A stretch of DNA of 24,000 nucleotides from Psychromonas hadalis ATCC BAA-638 (GTDB lineage: Bacteria > Pseudomonadota > Gammaproteobacteria > Enterobacterales > Psychromonadaceae): contig NZ_ATUO01000002.1 of the NCBI RefSeq assembly GCF_000420245.1, forward strand, positions 10,628 to 34,627, read 5' to 3'. Position 1 is the stretch's first letter; each line of letters opens with the position of its first letter. The notes beneath the pieces are model-generated. The model was not told where the DNA came from, made no database searches, and was given only the letters and a program-made list of their open reading frames with translations. Positions 15,182-23,763 of the stretch are shown piece after piece. The position numbers and the translations under genes were made by a program.

Positions 15182-17452
15182 ATGTTACATACTAAACGTA
15201 GTTACTCTTTTGAGTTGTTTTTTGCTTCATTGGGTGTGCTTTTATTTATCAGTTTAGCTTATTTTATTGTTGATAGTCAGGGTAGCAAAGCACAAGCCAA
15301 AGAGATTCAGAAAGAGATAAAAAATTCTTATCGCACGGTCATGAATCAAAATAAAAAAGCGGCTATTTTACTGTTTGAGTTACAGTTTAATCATGCACCT
15401 ATCATTGAATTATTGCTGCAAGCCAGTCAAACCCAAGATGATAAAACGTTAAGCACCATTAAAGATCAGTTATATCAAGCATTACACTTTAAGTTTCAGA
15501 GAAGCCGTCAATACTTCCCAAAACAACAGATATACCTTGTTGATGGTCACCCATTATTGCGTTTGGACTCTCCCTACCAACGTTTTGATAAGGAACTGCT
15601 TTATAACGTAGGGTTGCAAAAAGTGATCAGCGATCGTACCTCCTATTATGGATTAGCGTTACAGGATGGTATTTATCTATATCGTTTCTTTTTTCCTATT
15701 TTTGATGATCGCCATACATTAATCGCAGTGGCAGAGGTTGGTTTGCCATTGGTCAATGTGCAACGTTTTCTGTTTTCGGAGCATGGTGCGACTAGCCAAT
15801 TTATGTTTTCTAAAAGGCAATTATTAGATATCCGTAATAAATGGAAATTGTATGAGGAGGCAACACTGTCAGATAACTATTATGTATTAAAAAGAGAGCG
15901 TCATTACAAAAAACATAATATGTACCTTTCTGAACAAGAATTTTTACGTTTAAAAGCCAGTTTTAGTCGTGAACATAAAGTCGCATTGTTAAAAACAGAG
16001 GCTTTTTCACTGCCCAATGAGCTGAAAGGGCAGGATGGTTTTGTGAATTTCTTACCGCTGAATAATCTCAATGGTGATGTTGTTGGCCACCTCTTTACTT
16101 ATACACCCAAAATAAGCGCGACGATCAAGAAAAATAATCGTACGATTTTATTGTTGTTAATCATCGCCCTATTTTTATTGCTTAGTTATTATCTCTATCG
16201 TCAAAATGAACGTAGCCGCGCCAGTCTTACTTTTCATAAAAATATCATTGATGCTTTACCCTTTCCTGTTTTCTGCAAAGATAGTAGTAATCGTTATCAA
16301 TGTGCTAATAGCGCCTTTTTTAAACATTTTTTACTTGCTCCTGATACCCTTTTTTCTGATGGAGATAAGGCGTTTAAAAATGAACCTGAAGTGTTACAAA
16401 TTTCTGCTACAGAATTGGCCGATTTTGGTGGTAGTAAATCGATAAAAGAGTGTGTGATTGATGAAGTTGGCACTATAAATATTGAAACCTCGCTGTATCT
16501 TGTAAAAAAAGAAAATAAAGAGGTTGAAGGGGTATTAGGTTTTATTATCGATGAGACTGCGACGGTAGCAACCGAACTACAACTTGCTGAAGCACTTGCA
16601 TTGCAGAAACAGTTGATGAATAGCCTTGCGGTGGGTATCAGAATTTTTGGTGTGGATAAACAGGTAAAACTGGTGAACCATGCTTTTGAAGAGATGAGTG
16701 GTTTTAAAGAGCAAAAATTGATTGCTTCAAGCTGTGAAAAGCTGTTTACCTGTATGCAGTGTAACCCTGAGGTTTGTCCGCTAAAAAAGACCCAAGATAG
16801 CAGTATGAGCAAACAGATTGAAACAATAAAATATAGTCAGCAGGGGGAAGTGAGAACGCTTTCTCTTAATTTTGAACCTCTTTATGACAATAAGGGGCGG
16901 TTAAGTGGCATTATTGAAATTAGCACGGATATTAGCCAAACCAAAAATTTACAAGATAGAACCCATGAGCTGATTGTTTCTGATGAATTAACTAATTTGT
17001 TGAATTTACGTGGTTTGATGAGCAGTGGAGAGAATTACTTTAGGCTTGCACTGCGTACTAAAAAGCCCTTTTTCGCGTTACATTTTGATATTCATGGGAT
17101 GCGTAAATTAAACTATCAGTTTGGAGAAAAAGCGGGTGATAAACTATTAAAAGATTTTGCTGATATTTTGATAGAAACATTTCGTGATACTGATTTAATT
17201 GCACGTATTGGCGGTGATGAATTTGTTGTGTTGCTTAATGACAGTGATTATAAGGTGGTTGACAGTGGTCATTTTGTACGCCTTGAATTGAACATTCAAA
17301 AATATAATTTACAACCGAAAAATGAGTTGAAGCTGTTAATTGATACTGGCATTGTGCAGTTTTCTCCGAAAACGCATAACAGTTTAGCGTTGTTATTAGA
17401 GCAATGCGAAAAGCTAGTTTACGAACAACAACTTAAGCGCAATACTCGTTAA
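15182..17452 (+). CDS. Membrane sensor diguanylate cyclase: TM, periplasmic Cache-like domain, TM, two PAS-like domains, GGDEF domain
   Basis: 756-aa ORF. TM helices are LFFASLGVLLFISLAYFIV and ILLLLIIALFLLLSYYLY. The segment between them (QIYLVDGHPLLRLDSPYQRFD...YGLALQDGIYLYRFFFPIF...IAVAEVGL) looks Cache-like. PAS-like blocks start at HKNIIDALPFPVFCKD and LQKQLMNSLAVGIRIF. It has an intact RIGGDEF active site with an RDTD (RxxD) I-site five residues upstream. Confidence 0.85.
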   Translation: MLHTKRSYSFELFFASLGVLLFISLAYFIVDSQGSKAQAKEIQKEIKNSYRTVMNQNKKAAILLFELQFNHAPIIELLLQASQTQDDKTLSTIKDQLYQALHFKFQRSRQYFPKQQIYLVDGHPLLRLDSPYQRFDKELLYNVGLQKVISDRTSYYGLALQDGIYLYRFFFPIFDDRHTLIAVAEVGLPLVNVQRFLFSEHGATSQFMFSKRQLLDIRNKWKLYEEATLSDNYYVLKRERHYKKHNMYLSEQEFLRLKASFSREHKVALLKTEAFSLPNELKGQDGFVNFLPLNNLNGDVVGHLFTYTPKISATIKKNNRTILLLLIIALFLLLSYYLYRQNERSRASLTFHKNIIDALPFPVFCKDSSNRYQCANSAFFKHFLLAPDTLFSDGDKAFKNEPEVLQISATELADFGGSKSIKECVIDEVGTINIETSLYLVKKENKEVEGVLGFIIDETATVATELQLAEALALQKQLMNSLAVGIRIFGVDKQVKLVNHAFEEMSGFKEQKLIASSCEKLFTCMQCNPEVCPLKKTQDSSMSKQIETIKYSQQGEVRTLSLNFEPLYDNKGRLSGIIEISTDISQTKNLQDRTHELIVSDELTNLLNLRGLMSSGENYFRLALRTKKPFFALHFDIHGMRKLNYQFGEKAGDKLLKDFADILIETFRDTDLIARIGGDEFVVLLNDSDYKVVDSGHFVRLELNIQKYNLQPKNELKLLIDTGIVQFSPKTHNSLALLLEQCEKLVYEQQLKRNTR

Positions 17453-18793
17453 ATCTTTTAGGTTAGGTTTTATTCCCTGTGATTCGGGTAAAATAAAGTA
17501 ATGGCATGGTTGTTTATAGGAAACAAGTTTGTCTCCTATAAACGCTTGCAGCTGTCGTACTTGTTCGGCCTCTTTCCAACGGATAAAAGCAATCGGGCGT
17601 TGTCCATAAATAGCATCATCTATTGGCAATACAACGGCTTGTTGTACCTCTGCATAGCCAAGTAGTACTTTTTCAATCTCTTCGGGTTGAATATTTTCGC
17701 CTCCCGAGATAAATAGCCTATCTTTTCTCCCCATTATTTTTACAGTTTTCTGTTTTAATTTACCCAGATCAGCGCTAGCAAAGTAGCTGTTTTTATCAAT
17801 CAGGCTATTGTTAATGTCACCTGTAAAATACCCTGTAAAACGTGTCTCTCCAGAGAGGTGAATCTCTCCCGCTACTATTTTTAATAACCGATAAGGCAGT
17901 AGTTTCAGATCGTTGCTATTGGTTGATGTTGCTATTTGTGAAGCCATCTCGGTTGAGCCATAACTGAGGTGGTAGGTAAATCCTCGTTTTTTAGTGGTCT
18001 GTAATAGTTTTTCAGAGAAAGCGCTACCGCCTAATAAAAGGTGTTTAATAGAGAGGTTTACTTGTTGAAATGCTTGCTCTTGTAAGAGCATTTGTAGTTG
18101 TGCATTCACTAATGAAAGGTGGGTTATTTTGTCCTTTTTTAATCCCTGAATATTCACTTTATTATTCGATATTTTGAGTGTTGCCCCCGCCAATAAAGTG
18201 CGTATCACGGTGGCATAACCACTAATATGAAAGAGGGGTAATGACAGTAAGTTTTTATCGCCTTGATCTAAAGGTATTACTGTCTGTGACCCTAATGCGC
18301 TGTAATAATGGTTGCTAAAATGGTGCATTACCGCTTTAGGGAGGCCACTACTTCCTGATGTAAAAATAATACTGATAATGGCAAATGGGTCTATCTTAAA
18401 TATTTGTTTGTTGGCTAATACGGTTGTTGCATGAGAAAAACTTAACGCTAAGTGAGAGGAGCTATTTTCTTGATAGATAAAAGGGCTATTTAATCGCTTT
18501 AAACGTTGCTCTAACTCTGTTGGACTAAATTTAGGATTAAGAGGGCAAAAAACAAAACCATGACGCAAACAAGTTAGCTGTAATAAAACCGCTGGTAAGT
18601 TGTTGCTACTAATGGAGACTAATCTGTCTCCCGTCTTCATATTTAATTTAATAAGCTGTGTACTTAGATGGCTAATATAACCATGTAATTCTGCAAAAGT
18701 AATTTTCTGGCTCTCTGTTTCTATCGCTATCAAGCTTGGATTTAACTTCGCTTGCCACGCAACAGGGCATTGATCTAATAATTCAAACTGCAT
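17414..18793 (-). CDS. menE: o-succinylbenzoate--CoA ligase
   Basis: AMP-binding motif TSGSSGLPKAV, plus LSLPLFHISG, GYGSTE-like YGSTEM and GENIQPEEIE. Collinear with E. coli MenE as remembered, and follows menC. I prefer ATG 18793 (GGAG 5 nt upstream) over the TTG at 18814. Confidence 0.85.
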   Translation of the reverse strand: MQFELLDQCPVAWQAKLNPSLIAIETESQKITFAELHGYISHLSTQLIKLNMKTGDRLVSISSNNLPAVLLQLTCLRHGFVFCPLNPKFSPTELEQRLKRLNSPFIYQENSSSHLALSFSHATTVLANKQIFKIDPFAIISIIFTSGSSGLPKAVMHHFSNHYYSALGSQTVIPLDQGDKNLLSLPLFHISGYATVIRTLLAGATLKISNNKVNIQGLKKDKITHLSLVNAQLQMLLQEQAFQQVNLSIKHLLLGGSAFSEKLLQTTKKRGFTYHLSYGSTEMASQIATSTNSNDLKLLPYRLLKIVAGEIHLSGETRFTGYFTGDINNSLIDKNSYFASADLGKLKQKTVKIMGRKDRLFISGGENIQPEEIEKVLLGYAEVQQAVVLPIDDAIYGQRPIAFIRWKEAEQVRQLQAFIGDKLVSYKQPCHYFILPESQGIKPNLKDLTSIALKLLFVN

Positions 18794-19791
18794 AAACACT
18801 CCAGTTGTAAGCAATCTTGTTGCAGCTGTTTCATATTCATTAAGTGTGTGCCTGTGAAGTATTTTAGGGTATCAATGCCTAATGAGATGGTAAGTTGGTT
18901 TTTATATTGAGAGTGATAGTGCGCCGCGAGATTTTTTATTTGTTGCAAGCCTAATGCAGATTCAAATGAAGAGCTGAAACTAACCTGTAAACGGTGTTTT
19001 TGTGCAAAGGAGACTAGTTTGTCTGTTTTTTCTCTACTGCCAATCAGGCTGGGTTTAATGATCAATGCTTTAATACTGTGATGGTGTAGATAATTGAAAT
19101 TGGCCTGTTGTAATGTTTCATCTAAGCCTAATTGAAACTGGTACTGCTCTGCAAGTTGCAGATTGCTGTGATGGCTCGATGTTGGCTCTTCGATATAATC
19201 AAGTTGCTTCACATTAATCGCGCTAAAAAATTGTGCTGCTTGTTGTTTAGTCCAATTTTGATTGGCATCACAGCGGATTTTAATGTTTGGGTTTAACTGA
19301 CAGAGTTGTTGGAAGTTTAAAATGTCTGCCTCAAGCGAGTCTCTGGCTACTTTTAATTTTATAAGATTCGGTTTATTGAGTGACTGATATTGCTGAGAAA
19401 TTAAATCGTTATCAGCTTGAAGTAGTGGCACATTATCAATATTTACCTGCTGCTTTGAACTCTTTGAAGTGGTGGTAAAAAGAGAGTCTAACGCAAATTG
19501 TATGCTCTGATAGGGGCTACGATACTTCATGAGTTGGTGCTTGGTCAGATGATCACTTGCGAGTAATTTCCGCATCTCTACTGTCACGTTTGTGAGTGTT
19601 TCTTTACTAAAGCCGGGCAGTGGTGCTATCTCTGCAAAGTAGCTCTCTCCTGCTTTATCAATAAGTTGCAAAATTAACCCCTCGCGACAGCTTAATTTTA
19701 CTGTTTTGAATTGCATCGCAATTTTGAAAGACTGTTGATAGATAAACAGTTTTGCTTGTACTAACGGTAAGTCGGTTATTTTATGGCACAT
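18775..19791 (-). CDS. menC: o-succinylbenzoate synthase (enolase superfamily)
   Basis: PLPGFSKET, KxK (IKLKV), CDANQNW, YIEEP, LGLDETL and LIIKPS match the catalytic and metal-binding positions of E. coli MenC. I start at ATG 19791 (MCHKITDLPL..., 338 aa). The track ORF's additional 45 N-terminal codons lie inside alr. Confidence 0.85.
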   Translation of the reverse strand: MCHKITDLPLVQAKLFIYQQSFKIAMQFKTVKLSCREGLILQLIDKAGESYFAEIAPLPGFSKETLTNVTVEMRKLLASDHLTKHQLMKYRSPYQSIQFALDSLFTTTSKSSKQQVNIDNVPLLQADNDLISQQYQSLNKPNLIKLKVARDSLEADILNFQQLCQLNPNIKIRCDANQNWTKQQAAQFFSAINVKQLDYIEEPTSSHHSNLQLAEQYQFQLGLDETLQQANFNYLHHHSIKALIIKPSLIGSREKTDKLVSFAQKHRLQVSFSSSFESALGLQQIKNLAAHYHSQYKNQLTISLGIDTLKYFTGTHLMNMKQLQQDCLQLECLCSLNY

Positions 19792-20866
19792 ATTGCAGAG
19801 CAACACGCGAGGTAAGTTTGCTGACCAACTCGTAAGCGATAGTACCAATATGGTTTGCAACTTGCGTGGCAGGTAAGCCATCACCCCATAGCGTGACATC
19901 ATCACCCACTTGATCGTGACAATCACTCCCTAGATCAACGGTTAACATATCCATTGAAATACGACCCACGATTGGGACAAGACGGCCATTTACCAAAACA
20001 GGCGTACCCTCTGGCGCCATACGTGGATAACCATCGCCATAACCCACGGCAACCACACCTAAAATGGTCTCTTTTTTTGACGTCCAATTTGCACCGTAAC
20101 CGACACTCTCACCCGCTTGATGTGTGCGTACTGCAATCAGTTGTGATTTTAGGGTCATGACTGGCTGTAAATTAAAGTCATCCGCGCGCTTATCTGCAAA
20201 AGGAGAGATGCCATACAGGGCAATGCCGGGACGAATAACATCTGCATGGGTTGCTGGCCAAGCAAGTGTAGCAGCAGAGTTGGCTAATGAATTTAAGCCA
20301 CTGTCTGTTTTTATGTGCTCTGTGAAAAAGGCAAGTTGCTTACTGGTTATGTTGTTATCTAACTCATCAGCACAATGAAAATGGGTGATGAGATGAATCG
20401 GTTGTATGACGTTTTTTGATTGCTTTAACCTTTGATAAGCACAGTCAAACTGCTCGCCATGAAAACCTAAACGGTGCATACCGGTATCAAGCTTTAACCA
20501 TACCTGTAGCGGTTTATCTAATTTAGCCTCTATGAGTGCTTCAAGTTGCTGTTGTGAATGGATAACGGTTTGCAGGTTATATTGTTGCAAGGTATTAATA
20601 TCATTGGCATGAAAAAAACCTTCAAGTAGAACGATCGGTGTCGTTATGCCTTTATCTCGCAGTAACAACGCTTCATTAAGACGTGCGACACCGAGTGCAT
20701 GAATCCCTTTTAGTGCTTGCGCAATTTTCACCATGCCATGACCATAAGCGTTGGCTTTTACCACTGCTAAAATTTGGCTGTTAGGTGCTTTTTTTTGCAA
20801 CACCTTTTGGTTATGCCGCAAGGCGCTTAAGTTAATGACTGCATGTGTAATGCTACTGCTATTCAT
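19781..20866 (-). CDS. alr: alanine racemase
   Basis: PLP-lysine motif AVVKANAYGHG and VGYGDGYPR. dnaB-alr adjacency as in E. coli. I prefer ATG 20866 (MNSSSITHAVINL..., AGGAG upstream), embedded in the last dnaB codons. Confidence 0.9.
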   Translation of the reverse strand: MNSSSITHAVINLSALRHNQKVLQKKAPNSQILAVVKANAYGHGMVKIAQALKGIHALGVARLNEALLLRDKGITTPIVLLEGFFHANDINTLQQYNLQTVIHSQQQLEALIEAKLDKPLQVWLKLDTGMHRLGFHGEQFDCAYQRLKQSKNVIQPIHLITHFHCADELDNNITSKQLAFFTEHIKTDSGLNSLANSAATLAWPATHADVIRPGIALYGISPFADKRADDFNLQPVMTLKSQLIAVRTHQAGESVGYGANWTSKKETILGVVAVGYGDGYPRMAPEGTPVLVNGRLVPIVGRISMDMLTVDLGSDCHDQVGDDVTLWGDGLPATQVANHIGTIAYELVSKLTSRVALQYVP

Positions 20867-22259
20867 CTTGATAGGCAGCTCCTGTATAATCATCGAAGCG
20901 TGAATATTTCCCTTGGAATGTTAAGCGTATTTTACCAATCGGGCCGTTACGTTGTTTGCCAATGATAATCTCAGCAATGCCTTTATCGTTACTTTCGTCG
21001 TTATAAACTTCATCACGATAGATAAACATAATTAAATCAGCATCCTGCTCTATCGCACCTGATTCACGTAGGTCAGAGTTAATGGGACGTTTATCAGCAC
21101 GTTGCTCAAGGCCACGGTTTAACTGAGAAAGGGCAATAACAGGACAACGTAATTCTTTGGCGAGTGCTTTTAAAGAGCGTGAAATCTCTGAAATTTCTAA
21201 AGTTCGGTTTTCAGTGAGTGAAGGAACACGCATCAGTTGCAGGTAATCGATCATGATCAGACTTACCCCGCCATGGTCACGTGCAATACGACGTGCGCGT
21301 GAGCGAAGCTCTGTTGGCGTCAAGCCTGAACTATCATCAATAAACATATTACCTTGGTTAAGCAGAATAGACATGGTTGATGACAGTGATGCCCAATCGT
21401 TTTCATCAAGCGCACCTGTCCTTATTTTACTTTGATCGATACGTCCTAGTGAGGCTAGCATACGATTCATAATTTGATCCGCAGGCATCTCTAATGAAAA
21501 AATAATGGTGGGTTTATCGGCATTTAATGCAGCATGTTCAGCAATGTTCATCGCAAACGTGGTTTTACCCATCGATGGGCGCGCTGCAATAATAATCAAG
21601 TCACCGGGTTGGAAACCCGTGGTCATCTGATCCAAATCGTTATACCCCGATGATAACCCAGTAATACCATCGCGCGGATTTTTACAAAGATCATCAATAC
21701 GTGCCACGGTTGCTTTTAATATATCTTTAAGAGGTTGTGGTCCTTCACTTTTATTGCTTCGCGCTTCTGCTATTTGGAATACTTTTGTCTCTGCAAAATC
21801 AAGTAGTTCTGCACTGTCGCGTCCCTCTGTTTCGTAACCTGCTTCCGCTATCTCGTTGGCAACACCAATTAACTCGCGCACAATGGCGCGTTCGCGGACG
21901 ATATCAGAATAGTTATTGATATTAGCGGCACTTGGGGTATTTTGTAATAACTCCGCTAAATAAGCGATACCACCGACACCTTCCAATTCTTGATTGTTTT
22001 CAAGGTGTTCAGAAAGGGTGACTAAATCAACGGGGACATCTTCACCACTTAAGCTTTCAATGGTGGCAAAAATAGTACGATGGGCGCGATGATAAAAATC
22101 ACGCTCTACAACGCGCTCTGCTACATCGTTCCACGCGTCATTTTTAAGTAATAAACCGCCAATAATCGCCTGTTCCGCCTCAAAAGAATGCGGGACTGTT
22201 TTTATCTCTGAAACGGTTTTATTTTTACTTTTTGGAAAGTAAGGGGCTTTGTCTGCCAT
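20859..22259 (-). CDS. dnaB: replicative DNA helicase
   Basis: 466-aa ORF with PHSFEAEQAIIGGLL at the N-terminus, Walker A ARPSMGKTTF, LIMIDYLQLM and SQLNRGLEQR. Confidence 0.95.
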   Translation of the reverse strand: MADKAPYFPKSKNKTVSEIKTVPHSFEAEQAIIGGLLLKNDAWNDVAERVVERDFYHRAHRTIFATIESLSGEDVPVDLVTLSEHLENNQELEGVGGIAYLAELLQNTPSAANINNYSDIVRERAIVRELIGVANEIAEAGYETEGRDSAELLDFAETKVFQIAEARSNKSEGPQPLKDILKATVARIDDLCKNPRDGITGLSSGYNDLDQMTTGFQPGDLIIIAARPSMGKTTFAMNIAEHAALNADKPTIIFSLEMPADQIMNRMLASLGRIDQSKIRTGALDENDWASLSSTMSILLNQGNMFIDDSSGLTPTELRSRARRIARDHGGVSLIMIDYLQLMRVPSLTENRTLEISEISRSLKALAKELRCPVIALSQLNRGLEQRADKRPINSDLRESGAIEQDADLIMFIYRDEVYNDESNDKGIAEIIIGKQRNGPIGKIRLTFQGKYSRFDDYTGAAYQDE

Positions 22260-22278
22260 GTTAAATCCTGAGTTTTGA

Positions 22279-22641
22279 TTAGGTTAAAAAGAGGATCTCA
22301 ATCCAAATATAGGCTGTTAATAGTAGCGCGATTAATACCGCTGCCGAGCCCATGTCTTTTGCTCTGCCTGAAAGCACATGTTTTTCTGTGCCTATTCTAT
22401 CAACGATCGCTTCAATTGCAGAGTTGATTATTTCTATAATGATCACTAAGAAAATAGGTGCAATCAATAAGATACGTTCAACTTGGGAGACATCAATATA
22501 ATAAGCAAGCGGAATTAAAATCGCCGCTAGCAAGAGTTCTTGGCGAAAAGCAGCTTCATGTTGAAAAGCACTTTTAAGCCCTTGTAAGGAGTAACCTGTT
22601 GCAAGGAAAATACGTTTCAACCCTGTGTTTTTTTGCTCCAC
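22279..22641 (-). CDS. dgkA: diacylglycerol kinase
   Basis: 120-aa three-TM ORF with a GTG start. EAAFRQE, EIINSAIEAIVDRIG and LSGRAKDMGSAAVLIA closely match E. coli DgkA as remembered. Confidence 0.9.
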   Translation of the reverse strand: MEQKNTGLKRIFLATGYSLQGLKSAFQHEAAFRQELLLAAILIPLAYYIDVSQVERILLIAPIFLVIIIEIINSAIEAIVDRIGTEKHVLSGRAKDMGSAAVLIALLLTAYIWIEILFLT

Positions 22642-22904
22642 CGTGAGACCTATTGCATAATGAGTTAGGGGCTTACTTTAGCAAAAGGTCTCTTGAAGAT
22701 CACGGCTAATTTGGCGTTTTCCGATAACCATGTTGTTGATATTTCATATACTATACCCATGTTACCTCAATATGCGTTGCTGAGTTTGCATCTTAAAGTA
22801 TCATCTTGAAATATCATGGGTATACATATTATTTGAGGGGGATCTCGTTATCTGCTTTTAGTTTAACCTGCAAGAAAACGGGCGTTGAGTCATAGTTGAT
22901 ATGG

Positions 22905-23524
22905 CTATTTCATGAATGCTTTGCCCATTTTTTCTGTCCAATTATCAGCCCAAGCAAAAGTTTCATTTTTATCAAGTGTTGTGAAATCAGAGTTAACAGA
23001 GGGATTATAAGGCTCTGATGATTGGTAAGTGATGGCGATATTGTCTTGTGCTTTTTCAAACCTCTCTTTGTTAGGAAGATTGCGTAACATGCCTGTTCTG
23101 AGATGGTGACTCACAGATAACATTGTTTCATCAATATTAAGGGTGCCAGCTCCCATCATAGTTTTGATTTCACTGTGATTCTCATCTAAATACCATAATA
23201 TTTTGAAAACCATCATAATCTTTACTGGTAATGGTTGCGCCACCTTTTACATCCAGAATCAAACGTGTGTACAGAGTGTCACTGTTCATGCGGATTATCT
23301 GTATTCGCAAAATCCCTTGATGGTCTAATAACATTAACTTGGCCTTGGCTTTGATCTCACTCTTTTAAATAAGCTTTATAGAGTCAGCATGAATAAAGTT
23401 TTTGTTGGTTACGACGACTCCACTTTCTGTAACATTTTCTGTTGGACTTGCCATTGTAATATTAGTAACCATCGCGACACTTGATAAGCATTATCGCTGA
23501 TAAAATTTTATTTGGCTTGTTCAT
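22905..23524 (-). pseudogene. Decayed gene for a secreted DUF1254-like protein (multiple frameshifts and stops)
   Basis: The minus strand starts with ATG at 23524 (MNKPNKILSAIMLI...) and hits TAA at 23462-23464. A second frame continues SSVAMVTNITMASPTENVTESGVVVTNKNFIHADSIKLI and stops at 23365-23367. A third frame reads IIRMNSDTLYTRLILDVKGGATITSKDYDGF and stops at 23182-23184. The 112-aa track ORF (22905-23243) carries the rest (ILWYLDENHSE...AQDNIAITYQ). NF.xA(D/E) and RMNxDTLY resemble the DUF1254 family as I remember it. Confidence 0.5.
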
Positions 23525-23763
23525 AAAAATATCCTTAATTTAAGAGTGATGAAGGTTGCGTTAATCAATTAATCGGAACTGGTGTGGTGCGGAGTGTCGG
23601 CTATATAGTTATAATAAGAAAGTTGCCTTAGTGTGGCTGAGGATAATGATTTTTAGAGCCTCCTCCTGTATAATTTTTAGTTAAAGGGTGTTAGTTTCTA
23701 ATGCTCTTTTTGAATGTTTTGTATTCACACTTTGATTTTAATATTGATTTATAAGGTTATTCG

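Noticed and set aside
19792-19926. N-terminal extension of the menC ORF (383-aa track version), and the equivalent long starts of alr (20893), menE (18814, TTG) and the RAYT (13358)
   Set aside because: The extensions lie inside the preceding gene or lack a Shine-Dalgarno. Downstream ATGs have GGAG/AGGAG sites and match the N-termini of characterised homologues.
22730-22783. Tiny ORF (MLLIFHILYPCYLNMRC) in the dgkA-pseudogene spacer
   Set aside because: It is 17 codons long, has no ribosome-binding site and overlaps the inverted-repeat arm. There is no evidence that it is coding.
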